From an uncultured delta proteobacterium (GTDB lineage: Bacteria; Desulfobacterota; Desulfuromonadia; Geobacterales; DSM-12255): 64,000 nt of DNA. The DNA lies in NCBI GenBank assembly GCA_963787125.1, contig CAWBBV010000001.1:640001-704000 (forward strand), given 5' to 3'. Each line of letters opens with the position of its first letter. Positions within the stretch are counted from its first letter, which is position 1. The notes below the pieces were generated by a model that worked only from the letters and a program-made list of their open reading frames with translations, did not search any database and had not been told where the DNA came from. A program made the position numbers and the translations under genes. Positions 49,928 through 59,154 of the stretch are shown here, piece after piece.

Positions 49928-50002
49928 CTGATACCTCGATATAAAAAGCCGTCATCAGGAATATTTGCCAGCTGCCGGCTTTATGTCAACTAAATCTCTC
50001 AG

Positions 50003-50563
50003 TTATCTGACTGAAGCGTAGCGCCCAGTTCCTGCCCCGGTTGGGGTGTAGAATGTTACGTTTTCCAGTGCTGTGCCGGAGTACTGATCTATCCGGTATT
50101 TATCAGCATCTTTACTGACCACATAAGCGCGAGCCTGACCGTCTTTATCTGTTGTTACGACAGACTTGCCGCTTGTGCTATCCCAGTTGATGAGGGTTGT
50201 ATCTGCCAGACCATTTTTATTGTAGTGCTTTATGGTGTAGTCGATCATGCCGCCGTCTTTGCGGGCGTGAATCTTGAAGGTGTCATCGTTTTTGACATAC
50301 TGAAAATCCTTTTCTCCGGAGACCACCGGATTACTGCCACTCCAGAACTCAATGGAGTTGAAAGCGACAAAATCGACGAGAGCCGCGATTCCGTAAACCG
50401 GCACAATTACAAACACCCATGTCAGGCCGCTGCGCAGAAATTTGTCGCTGATCTGGCCGTTGGCCTGATAAATTTTCCTGGTTAACGCAAACTTGCCATA
50501 ACAGCCGGTGAGTGTTGCGGTAGTAATAATCACCATCATTGCCATTAAAAGGAATCGTTTCAT
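50003..50563 (-). CDS. DUF3332-like lipoprotein
   Basis: Lipobox LTGC, GCYGKFALT, FNSIEFWSGSNP. Confidence 0.8.
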   Translation of the reverse strand: MKRFLLMAMMVIITTATLTGCYGKFALTRKIYQANGQISDKFLRSGLTWVFVIVPVYGIAALVDFVAFNSIEFWSGSNPVVSGEKDFQYVKNDDTFKIHARKDGGMIDYTIKHYNKNGLADTTLINWDSTSGKSVVTTDKDGQARAYVVSKDADKYRIDQYSGTALENVTFYTPTGAGTGRYASVR

Positions 50564-50787
50564 TTATTCACCGCCTCTTTTGAAATAGTCCTTGCTGGAC
50601 AAGTAAATACAGTAACAATCCAAGAGAGGGTGTCAAGCTAATCTTTAAATTTTGACTACTTGAGATTATCCCGTAAGAGCATGATCTCAAGAAAGGTCCA
50701 GCTGGCGACAATCCCCCGGAGGGCAGCTTCGCTGAAGAGTAAGTGTTGTGTTGACATTAGTTAATAATTCCAGAATAGTTACGGCCT

Positions 50788-51744
50788 ATGAACCGGCTGA
50801 GTGGCAACTCCTCCGGCAGGGCAATCGATAACATTCGGGAAGAGTCGGGAACAATCGGGAATATGCTTGGAGCAAACGGTAAAAAAGTGGGAAGTCCCCT
50901 TAGAAAATTAATGGTTCAGGTCTGTTACCTGCTCGCCGGCTCAATATTGCTGCTAACCGTCGGCTGCTCAGCGCTGTTGTTCTACCCCGAACGCCAACAT
51001 TCTCCCAATCCTGTCGCAGAGCGCTTTTCTCCACGAGATCTCTTTTTCCCCAGCGGTGACGGTGAAACCCTCCATGGCTGGTTCTTCAGCGCTACCAATC
51101 CCAAAGGAACAGTCCTGGTTTTTCACGGTAATGCCGGTAATCTCAGTACCCATGTCAACGGCGTTCTCTGGCTGGCGCAAGCAGGTTTTAATCTTTTTAT
51201 AGTAGACTGCCGCGGTTACGGCCGCTCGACAGGAACAGCGGATCTTGCCGGGGTACATCGTGACGGACTGGCAGCATTTCATTATCTGCTCACCCTTCCG
51301 GGAGTCGACAGGACGCGGATCGCCATTCTCGGTCAGAGTCTCGGCGGTTCGGTGGCAACTTATGTGGCCGCAGTAGCGCCGGAACGCCAGCGGCTGGATC
51401 TGCTTCTCCTGGACAGCAGTTTTTTCGGGTACCAGCAGATCGCCCGTGAAAAACTGGCCGATTTCTTCATTACCTGGCCTTTTCAGTATCCGCTTGCACT
51501 GTTGTTCAGCGACGCTTACAGCCCGGGAAAACGGATCGGTGCAGTCACCGCTCCATTGGTTATAATTCATGACAGGGATGATAAGATCGTCCCGTTTCAC
51601 CATGGCGAACAGCTCTATGCCGCCGGCAGAGAGCCGAAAGTGATGTTGTCGACCAATGGCCGAGGGCATATCTGCTCCTTCGCCGATGCGACTATCCGCC
51701 TCAGGGTAGCAGAATTGATTGCCGGGATCACGATTGTAAAGTAA
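50788..51744 (+). CDS. Alpha/beta hydrolase, probable lipoprotein (real start likely downstream, e.g. 50911)
   Basis: TVGC lipobox-like, FHGNAGN, GQSLGG nucleophile elbow, DKIVP, GRGH. Confidence 0.88.
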   Translation: MNRLSGNSSGRAIDNIREESGTIGNMLGANGKKVGSPLRKLMVQVCYLLAGSILLLTVGCSALLFYPERQHSPNPVAERFSPRDLFFPSGDGETLHGWFFSATNPKGTVLVFHGNAGNLSTHVNGVLWLAQAGFNLFIVDCRGYGRSTGTADLAGVHRDGLAAFHYLLTLPGVDRTRIAILGQSLGGSVATYVAAVAPERQRLDLLLLDSSFFGYQQIAREKLADFFITWPFQYPLALLFSDAYSPGKRIGAVTAPLVIIHDRDDKIVPFHHGEQLYAAGREPKVMLSTNGRGHICSFADATIRLRVAELIAGITIVK

Positions 51745-51760
51745 TTCGACAGGATAATTG

Positions 51761-51788
51761 TTGACAAACTTGCAAGGTAAAGTAAGAT
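51761..51788 (+). promoter_or_regulatory. Sigma70 promoter for DUF3015-DUF4105 pair
   Basis: TTGACA, 16-bp spacer, TAAGAT. Confidence 0.65.
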
Positions 51789-51831
51789 TTGAGCAGTTGG
51801 AATCCATTTAGTTGTAAAGGGGGAATCAATT

Positions 51832-52284
51832 ATGAAGAAAATTATGTTAGCTGCTGCCTTAACCGTGCTGTGTGCCAGTGCGGCCTATGCTGACCACAAC
51901 ACCGGCTGTGGTCTTGGTTCAACTCTCTGGGCGGGCAAAGCGGATTCTGTCGCTTCGCAGTCGCTGCAGGCTACTACGAACGGTACTTTCGGCAACCAGA
52001 CTTTCGGTATTACCTCCGGGACACTTGGCTGCACAACTCCGGCCAAAATGGTGAAAAACGAGCAGTTAAACCAGTTCGTCAAGACTAACATTGATAACCT
52101 GGCAAAAGATATTGCCCAGGGCCGTGGCGAAAACCTTGATGCCTTTGCTGAACTTCTTCAGGTGCCGGTCGAGAAGCGCGCTGAATTCGCTGCCAAACTG
52201 CAGGGTAATTTTGAAAAAGTATTTACCTCCAACCAGGTCGTCATGGCTGAAATCATCGACAATACTCTGACTGTAACCAATTAA
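51832..52284 (+). CDS. DUF3015-family exported protein
   Basis: Signal peptide, GCGLG, TTNGTFGNQTFGITSGTLGC, DIAQGRGE. Confidence 0.88.
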   Translation: MKKIMLAAALTVLCASAAYADHNTGCGLGSTLWAGKADSVASQSLQATTNGTFGNQTFGITSGTLGCTTPAKMVKNEQLNQFVKTNIDNLAKDIAQGRGENLDAFAELLQVPVEKRAEFAAKLQGNFEKVFTSNQVVMAEIIDNTLTVTN

Positions 52285-54227
52285 TGTTTCTGTATGGCAG
52301 TCGTTTTTTAAAGGTATACGGAGCCTTGAGCTCCGTATACCTTTTTTGTAGCCTGACGGGAACAGTGCCGAACCTTGTCTCCCCAGCAGCGGCTGCCAGT
52401 TACCAGCAACGGTTGCTGGATCAGGCAGGCAGCCTGGGGGTCAGCACGTCAAGGGAGTGGGATGTCCTGCTTCACTACCGCCATAAAGGTGACAAGCAGG
52501 AAAGCATCATCGACGATCGCCGTTTTTTCCTGGCCACAAACGGTAAAACCGACCCGGCAGCTGAATTGACAGCAACCATTAACAGTCTGTTTGACAGCGC
52601 AGAAGCCGGCGATGAGCACCCTCGCTGCCGTTTTCCGGCACGGTTTGAATTGCTGCAAAGCCGGCTCGGCATTGATAAAAGCCGCCTGCCTGACCCTGTC
52701 TGCGGCAAGCTTGACGAAGCTCTCAAGGCGGTAGACCCACGCTCGGCAGTTCTGGTCTTTCCGGCTGCCCACAATAATGGTCCGGCTTCCATGTTCGGCC
52801 ACACCCTGCTGCGAGTCGGCAGCTCCTATCAGAATGAACTGCTCTCCTATGCCGTCAACTATGCTGCTCATTCCAACGAGACAAACGGATTTCTCTTTGC
52901 TTTCAAGGGGATCTTCGGCTTTTATCCAGGCTATTTCTCTATTTTGCCCTACTATGAGAAAGTCAAGGAATACAATGACCTGGAACATCGCGATGTCTGG
53001 GAGTACGGCCTTAAACTGACCCCTGATGAAGTCCGGCGGATGGCGCTCCATATCTGGGAGTTGCAGGGAATCTCTTCCGAGTATTACTTCTTTGACGAAA
53101 ACTGCTCATTCATGCTGCTCTCCCTCTTGGAAGCCGCCCGGCCTGAGCTAAGGCTTTCTCAGGAGTATTGGGACCGCTGGAGTTTCTGGGTTATTCCGGC
53201 CGACACTATCAGTACTGTTCGCCGTGCCGGCTTGATCGATAAGGTAAATTATCGCCCTTCCCAGGCGACACGCATCCGCCACCTGGCCGCCCTGCAGACC
53301 GAGAGTGCTCAAAAGGCCGCGCTTGCTATTGCCATGCAAGAGCTTCCTGCCGCGACCGAAGCAGGCTCAGTCTCTCCTCTGGAAGAGCGCCGTCAGGTGC
53401 TCGATCTGGCGACTGAATACCTTCAGTATCGTTTTTCACGCAAGGATTTGACCCAGAAGGAATTTCAAAGCCAATTCCTGCCGATCCTTAAAGCAAGGAG
53501 CGGCCTTGGCACAGGCGACAAAAAGGCGGCCGAAACGCCTGTTCCGCCACAGCCTGAAGAGGGGCACCTACCCGGGAAAGTCTCTCTCGGCGCCGGAGTG
53601 CGTCGAGACCAACCTTACCAGTCGCTGACCTGGCAGGCGGCCTATCACGATCTTCTTGATCCTGATGCTGGATACACCAGGGGTGCTCAAATCAATTTCG
53701 CTGCTGTCAGCGGTCGCTACTATCCGCAGGAGCATCGATTCCAGTTGCAGAGTCTCCACCCGGTTGACATAATTTCTCTCGCCCCGAGGGACCTTTTTTT
53801 TCAGCCGTTTTCGTGGAAGGTCAGCGGCGGTTTCGATCGTAAAACTTTTGCCGACGGCACTGACCGCCTTTTTATGCGCCTTGACACCGGCGGAGGGATG
53901 GCATGGGATATCCCTCGAATGAACAACAGCATCGGCTACGTCATGGCCGAAGCCGATATCAATCTTTCTGACCATTTTGAGCACAAAACTGCGCTCGGCG
54001 GCGGAGCGACGGTCGGCGTTCTCTCCAATCTCACTGATACGTGGAAAGCCCACCTGTCATCCTCAGGACTCTTCTACGTTATTGAAAAGCATCAGCACTT
54101 CAACCTGGCTCTTGACCAGCATCTCAGTCTGTACAAGAATTCAGGTTTGCTCCTGCATACTCTCTGGGAGCGCTCTTTCAATTACAACAGGACCGAAGCC
54201 GGCGTGAGCTGGGTCAGATATTTCTGA
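52284..54227 (+). CDS. DUF4105 (Lnb-like) domain protein with probable C-terminal beta-barrel
   Basis: CRFPAR, SMFGHTLLR, YYFFDENCS; amphipathic beta strands ending WVRYF. Confidence 0.82.
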   Translation: MFLYGSRFLKVYGALSSVYLFCSLTGTVPNLVSPAAAASYQQRLLDQAGSLGVSTSREWDVLLHYRHKGDKQESIIDDRRFFLATNGKTDPAAELTATINSLFDSAEAGDEHPRCRFPARFELLQSRLGIDKSRLPDPVCGKLDEALKAVDPRSAVLVFPAAHNNGPASMFGHTLLRVGSSYQNELLSYAVNYAAHSNETNGFLFAFKGIFGFYPGYFSILPYYEKVKEYNDLEHRDVWEYGLKLTPDEVRRMALHIWELQGISSEYYFFDENCSFMLLSLLEAARPELRLSQEYWDRWSFWVIPADTISTVRRAGLIDKVNYRPSQATRIRHLAALQTESAQKAALAIAMQELPAATEAGSVSPLEERRQVLDLATEYLQYRFSRKDLTQKEFQSQFLPILKARSGLGTGDKKAAETPVPPQPEEGHLPGKVSLGAGVRRDQPYQSLTWQAAYHDLLDPDAGYTRGAQINFAAVSGRYYPQEHRFQLQSLHPVDIISLAPRDLFFQPFSWKVSGGFDRKTFADGTDRLFMRLDTGGGMAWDIPRMNNSIGYVMAEADINLSDHFEHKTALGGGATVGVLSNLTDTWKAHLSSSGLFYVIEKHQHFNLALDQHLSLYKNSGLLLHTLWERSFNYNRTEAGVSWVRYF

Positions 54228-54277
54228 ACCCTGCAACACCCCCCCCGCAGTGCAACTCCTGCAAGAAATTTCGACTA

Positions 54278-55549
54278 TCAGTTCTTAAGGAAATCCAGTA
54301 GCAGCATTATGTTCAGGAAGGTTACAATGGCAGCAATTCCCCAGAGGAGAGTTGCGCCAAAGAGGGTGTTTGCATGACTCCCCATGACTTTTGTTGACGA
54401 GGTGAGATAGATCTGCAAAAAAATAGTCCAGGGGAGCTGGATGCTGAGAAGTACCTGAGAGAAAATTAATCCTTTGAGCGTGTCGTTAATAAAGAAGATT
54501 GCCGCAGCGCCGATAACAAGAGTCAGCAGTATGCCGGTTTTGGTGTGTTGATCACTGCTGTTAAATGGTTCGGCGAAAATTCCCGCGAAAATGCTTCCAC
54601 CGGCCATACCGGCGGTGATTGATGAAGCGATGCCGGCCAGCAGGAGTGCCAGGGCAAAGACAATCGCGGCGCTGTTGCCCAGGAGCGGATGGAGCATCTC
54701 TTTAGCCTGCGCGAGCTCTGTGATGTTGAGTCTATTGACGTAAAAAGTCGCTGCTGCCAGGAGGATCATGGCGCTGTTTATCCCCCAACCGATAATCATT
54801 GATATGAGGGTGTCGAGAAACTCGAATTTCAGCTGATAGCGGATCGTTTCATCGCTTTCGAGATTCCACTGTCTGCTCTGGATAATCTCGGAGTGGAGAA
54901 AGAGGTTGTGCGGCATGACAACCGCGCCGAGAACGCTCATGATAATCGGTAGCGAGCCGACCGGGAAAGCGGGGGTGATCCAGCCAAACGTCGCAGCATG
55001 CCAGTCTGTCGGCACAAGCCAGAGTTCAAAAATGAAGGATAAGCCGATAAGAGAAACAAAGCCGATGATAAAGCGTTCGAGCTTTTTGTAGGCTGTGCCG
55101 AAAAGCAGCCAGATGGTAAGGGCAAGCAGCAGGAGTGCACCAACTTTCAGCGGTAGGCCAAAGAGCATTTGCAGTGCGATTGCCCCGCCAAGAATCTCGG
55201 CAGTGGCGGTGGCGCAGGCGGCAAGGCAGGCTGAACCGAGGATCGGCCGTGAAATAAATGCCGGTAGATGGTGAGTGGCCGCTTCGGACAGGCACTCGCC
55301 GGTGACGATGCCGAGATGGGCGGCGTTGTGTTGCAGGAGAATCAGCATGAGTGTGGATAGGGAGACCATCCAGAGGAGTTTGTAGCCGTAGATGGAGCCG
55401 GCAGCGACATTTGCCGCCCAGTTGCCTGGATCGATGAAGCCGACAGTTACCAGCAGGCCGGGGCCGATGTATTTCCTGATGTCCGAAAATACCGCCTTTG
55501 TCTGCTCATCCCACCTGAAAAGACCGGATAGCTTCATAATGCCGGGCAC
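54278..55549 (-). CDS. mntH: Nramp-family divalent metal transporter
   Basis: GFIDPGNW, AVVMPHNLFLHS. Confidence 0.92.
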   Translation of the reverse strand: MPGIMKLSGLFRWDEQTKAVFSDIRKYIGPGLLVTVGFIDPGNWAANVAAGSIYGYKLLWMVSLSTLMLILLQHNAAHLGIVTGECLSEAATHHLPAFISRPILGSACLAACATATAEILGGAIALQMLFGLPLKVGALLLLALTIWLLFGTAYKKLERFIIGFVSLIGLSFIFELWLVPTDWHAATFGWITPAFPVGSLPIIMSVLGAVVMPHNLFLHSEIIQSRQWNLESDETIRYQLKFEFLDTLISMIIGWGINSAMILLAAATFYVNRLNITELAQAKEMLHPLLGNSAAIVFALALLLAGIASSITAGMAGGSIFAGIFAEPFNSSDQHTKTGILLTLVIGAAAIFFINDTLKGLIFSQVLLSIQLPWTIFLQIYLTSSTKVMGSHANTLFGATLLWGIAAIVTFLNIMLLLDFLKN

Positions 55550-55558
55550 CTGTCAATT

Positions 55559-56440
55559 TCAGACCTTGAGAATTTTCATCCGTTCCACTTTGATTTCGCC
55601 AAGCCCTCTTTTGTAGGCTTCCACAGTCACAGCAATCTCCTCAGGCTTCAGGCCGAAAAGGGTGGTGGCATAAGCGTCTGCGGCAACAATATCGGTTGAG
55701 GCAATGACTTTGTTCAAGATTTTTACATCTTTAATATCGCCACCTTGCGGGCCATGGGCAATCAGTATCCTGGTTGCATCGACAACGACCAGGTGCGTTT
55801 TGAAAACAGCATTGATATCAGCAAGCGCAACATCGATGTTTTTATGGATTGAACCGCGATTCCCCCCCATTATCCCCATGATGTTTTTCATGCCGATGGT
55901 CAGTTTTGAAAGGCCGTGGTGTTTCAGCACCGGAACATTAATATAAACGTCAGCTGAAAGTGCTTCACCGTAAAGGTCCCACTCCTTCAGAGCTTTACCA
56001 TTGAGAGCGACTTTTTTGTAGCGCTCTTCTTCCAGGTATTTAACCTCTACCCCTTTCAAACCTTTTAAAGCAGCTTCGATGCCGCTGTTTTTGTAGCAGC
56101 GGCGTTCATCATTACAGGTCCGGTCAAATACCTTGACCTTTTTCGCCCCGGCCTGCAAGCACTCTGCGACAACAGCCCTGACTACCAGCGGATTTGTGTT
56201 GGCTGCCAGCTCAGGAGTCCTGTCCCACCCCATGTTGGGCTTGACGACAACGGTATTGCCCGGCTTCACAAAGCGTTTCATGCCGCCGAGTGCATTGATG
56301 GCATTTCTGGTGATCTGTGCAGCATCAATGCCATCGGCAACGGCCACGGTCGGGCCGGTAGCGGCAAAGAGATTCCGCAAAGGAAAACTCCAGAATAGCG
56401 AAGACAGTCCAAGTAGTCGTAAAAAACGTCGTCTTTCCAC
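55559..56440 (-). CDS. DUF362-family protein with twin-arginine signal
   Basis: ERRRFLR Tat-like motif, VVVKPN, INVPVLKHH, MKNIMG. Confidence 0.88.
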   Translation of the reverse strand: MERRRFLRLLGLSSLFWSFPLRNLFAATGPTVAVADGIDAAQITRNAINALGGMKRFVKPGNTVVVKPNMGWDRTPELAANTNPLVVRAVVAECLQAGAKKVKVFDRTCNDERRCYKNSGIEAALKGLKGVEVKYLEEERYKKVALNGKALKEWDLYGEALSADVYINVPVLKHHGLSKLTIGMKNIMGIMGGNRGSIHKNIDVALADINAVFKTHLVVVDATRILIAHGPQGGDIKDVKILNKVIASTDIVAADAYATTLFGLKPEEIAVTVEAYKRGLGEIKVERMKILKV

Positions 56441-56457
56441 CCCGTTACCTCCTGCAA

Positions 56458-57267
56458 CTATTTTTTAGGAGTTGTCTTTGCCGGCGGTTCTTCAATTTCC
56501 GGGCACTGGCTCTTATGCTGGATCCACTGGGTCTTTTTCGGGCTGATCTTGAGAATGTCCACCGGAGCGCTTACTTTCAGCGGTTCAGCTGTCGCTTCCG
56601 CCAGGATCCATTCGTTGATGTTTCTCACTTCGTCAAAATCGCTGAAAAAATCTTTCTTCTTCATGAGAGCATTGATGGCATCCTGCATGCCAAGAAAGAG
56701 AATTTTAGGTTGGTCCGAACCAGGCTTGGTCACGATGTTCTGCTTGATCGCCTCAAGCTTCACCGGCTCAGTTTTCTTGCTGGTAATCCGGTACTCCAGC
56801 ATGGCGAGAACCGTCCCCTTTTTTTCAGCTCCAGCGACCAGAACCTGCATGGCGATACGGTTTTGCACATCTTCTGTGTACCATCTGGAAAAAAGTTTAT
56901 CGTCAGTAGTGCGGAGTTTTTCAAAAGCCGCCTGCAGCTTCCCCTGAACGGCGGTGTCAAAGGCATCAAGCCGGGCGCTGATAGTCCCTTTACCGGCAAA
57001 ACTTTGCTCAGCGATTGTGTAGGCGCTGAAGCTGGAGGCCGGAAGCGCAGGAATGCCAGAGAAAACTAGGTAGACATCACTGATTTTCGAGAATTTGCAT
57101 TGGCTTATGGCGACATCTTTTTCGATGAGTACCCTGCTGTCAGCGCCGATGAAAATATCATCACCGGTTTTGATGGCAACGATACTTGTAGCCTGAGCTG
57201 CCGAGGTAGCAAGTGCTAGCGCTACAGCTACAACTGAAACACGGAATAGTGGTGAAATGCCGATCAT
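56458..57267 (-). CDS. Exported protein with proteasome-beta/HslV-like Ntn-hydrolase N-terminus
   Basis: Signal peptide ending AQA followed by TSIVAIKTGDDIFIGADSR. Confidence 0.65.
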   Translation of the reverse strand: MIGISPLFRVSVVAVALALATSAAQATSIVAIKTGDDIFIGADSRVLIEKDVAISQCKFSKISDVYLVFSGIPALPASSFSAYTIAEQSFAGKGTISARLDAFDTAVQGKLQAAFEKLRTTDDKLFSRWYTEDVQNRIAMQVLVAGAEKKGTVLAMLEYRITSKKTEPVKLEAIKQNIVTKPGSDQPKILFLGMQDAINALMKKKDFFSDFDEVRNINEWILAEATAEPLKVSAPVDILKISPKKTQWIQHKSQCPEIEEPPAKTTPKK

Positions 57268-57294
57268 GATGAGACGGTCTCCTTTACTTTGTAA

Positions 57295-57669
57295 TTATTC
57301 CAGTATCTTAATCTCTTTGACGAAATACTCTGTATCACCAAACCAGTTTGACGGCAGACCTTTGTGCTGCTCATAAACAACCGCTACTCGCCTGCCTACC
57401 GAGGTGTTGATCCTTTTGGCGAGGTCATCGGTTCGGACGGTGAAGAAGAATTTTTCCGGCATTGAACCCGGCACGGCAACGAGAGTAAGCTCACCTTCCC
57501 AGGTCTTTAACAACCACCCTTTTTCGGAAAACTTCTGTATGTAGCCGGCACGTTCACCCTTGGAGTAGCTCCAGTTGAGCGCAACCCAGAGATAACCTGC
57601 CAGTAGCGCTGCACTCAGTGCAAAGGGGGTGAATATCCAAAAGAAAACTTTTGTTTTGGTAACAGCCAT
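57295..57669 (-). CDS. Conserved membrane-anchored hypothetical protein
   Basis: One TM, YSKGERAGYIQKFSEKGW.KTWEGEL, GDTEYF; AGGAGGAG RBS and TTGACA-17-TAGCTT promoter (57698-57726). Confidence 0.85.
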   Translation of the reverse strand: MAVTKTKVFFWIFTPFALSAALLAGYLWVALNWSYSKGERAGYIQKFSEKGWLLKTWEGELTLVAVPGSMPEKFFFTVRTDDLAKRINTSVGRRVAVVYEQHKGLPSNWFGDTEYFVKEIKILE

Positions 57670-57819
57670 GATCTCCTCCTGTCATCAGTCTGGGATAAAG
57701 CTAACCTTGCGGTGAATTTATGTCAAGTTCCTTGACAGGGTAAAGGTTTAGATGGCATAGGATGTAAAAGTTTGACGAGTAAACCGCCGGTGGATTGCTG
57801 CCGGTATTTCAAGGGCCAC

Positions 57820-58428
57820 ATGAAATGTAACGGCGATAATATTTTTGAAGAGATTTCCTATCTTATCAAGCATCCCAGGCCGGTCATCCGTGACATCCCC
57901 GGGCATAGAAAAGCAGCGGTTGCACTGTTGATTGAGAGAAGCTGTGAGAGCTGCCGGATACTTTTTATCGAACGTGCCACGCATCCGGGTGACCCTTGGT
58001 CCGGGAATATCGGTTTTCCCGGAGGGAAGGTCGAGAAAAGTGATGTTGATACCCGTCATGCGGCGGAACGGGAGACAATGGAGGAACTCGGAGTTGATCT
58101 GGGCAAAGCTGAATATCTCGGCAGGCTATCGGATCTTGACGGCACACATCTGCCGGTGCTGCTTTCCTGTTTTGTTTACGGAGTTTTAGAGGAAAACGTT
58201 GAATTTACGCTCAGCGAGGAGGTCAAAGACGTCTTCTGGCTCACAATCGAAGAGCTGACCGATCCTGTCCGTCAGGGCATGCACGCCTTTACCTTTGCCG
58301 GGGATCGCTTTGAAAGCCCCTGCATCCGGCTTCCCTATGACGATAAGCCGGTGTTATGGGGACTTACCTATCGCCTTGTCAAGGAGTTTCTTGAGAAGAC
58401 GGGTAGATTTATGGGAGAAACAAAATGA
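57820..58428 (+). CDS. Nudix hydrolase, CoA pyrophosphatase type
   Basis: HPGDPWSGNIGFPGGKVE...AAERETMEELG, LWGLTY. Confidence 0.9.
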   Translation: MKCNGDNIFEEISYLIKHPRPVIRDIPGHRKAAVALLIERSCESCRILFIERATHPGDPWSGNIGFPGGKVEKSDVDTRHAAERETMEELGVDLGKAEYLGRLSDLDGTHLPVLLSCFVYGVLEENVEFTLSEEVKDVFWLTIEELTDPVRQGMHAFTFAGDRFESPCIRLPYDDKPVLWGLTYRLVKEFLEKTGRFMGETK

Positions 58429-58739
58429 AACCGCGAAGGCCGGTAAGTGTCAAGTTACCGACAGAGGAGGAGATCGCCGCGAAGCTGCGCAGCATGCGGG
58501 CGGCAATTGATGATAACGGCAATTACCGCCAGAAATCCCTGAGAATGTTCGGGCTCATCTGTGCCAGATGTGCCAGGGAGTTTGACCAGAGCAATGTTCA
58601 CCTCCTTACGGTGCATCATCGCGACGGTAATCATAACAATAATTCTCCGGACGGCTCAAACTGGGAAAATCTCTGCTCTCATTGTCATGATGATGTGCAT
58701 GCGCGCGGGGAGCTGGGGGAGTATCTGAATAAAAAATGA
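58425..58739 (+). CDS. YajD-like HNH nuclease
   Basis: CARC, LTVHHRDGNHNNNSPDGSNWENLCSHCHD. Confidence 0.88.
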   Translation: MKPRRPVSVKLPTEEEIAAKLRSMRAAIDDNGNYRQKSLRMFGLICARCAREFDQSNVHLLTVHHRDGNHNNNSPDGSNWENLCSHCHDDVHARGELGEYLNKK

Positions 58740-58826
58740 CTGGAGCGGCAGTGGGGCTGCTCTGATTACTTCGCGTGCGCAGTCGAATAGATGCAAGCCG
58801 TTGTCAATAGGCTATTCAAGGAGAAT

Positions 58827-59132
58827 ATGGAAGCTATAAAAACCAGAGATGAACTTGCGCTGAATATTGATGAGGCCCAGTGGCAGTGGCTGAAACCTAA
58901 TCTTGAGCGGGGGGCGCTGATAACTGTTGCAGCGGCACTTGATCTGGCCGAAGCCGGTGAGAGGATTGCAGCCGATGATTCAGTGATGTTGGCTGCCTGG
59001 ATAGCTGCCGGTACGGTCAGCAAGCCAACTGCGGAAGAAATCGGAGCGTGGGATAAGGAACCGGGGAAGAAGTTTCTCACTCTTATCATCAGCCCTTATG
59101 TGTTGATTCAGGAGTTAGGAACAATTAATTGA
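58827..59132 (+). CDS. DUF2288-like protein
   Basis: AQWQWLKP...RGALITV...LDL, LIISPYVLIQ; AAGGAG RBS. Confidence 0.8.
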   Translation: MEAIKTRDELALNIDEAQWQWLKPNLERGALITVAAALDLAEAGERIAADDSVMLAAWIAAGTVSKPTAEEIGAWDKEPGKKFLTLIISPYVLIQELGTIN

Positions 59133-59154
59133 GATCTTGAAAACGGGAGGGATC

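Noticed and set aside
50659..50691. Inverted repeat CTTGAGATTAT / ATGATCTCAAG between divergent genes
   Set aside because: Could be an operator or hairpin, but there is no second copy or cognate regulator in the window to support a call
54239..54246. C8 tract, and C7 at 29077-29083 in the EAL gene, as phase-variation switches
   Set aside because: The first is between convergent genes; the second is short and the frame is intact; no SSR was seen in mod either
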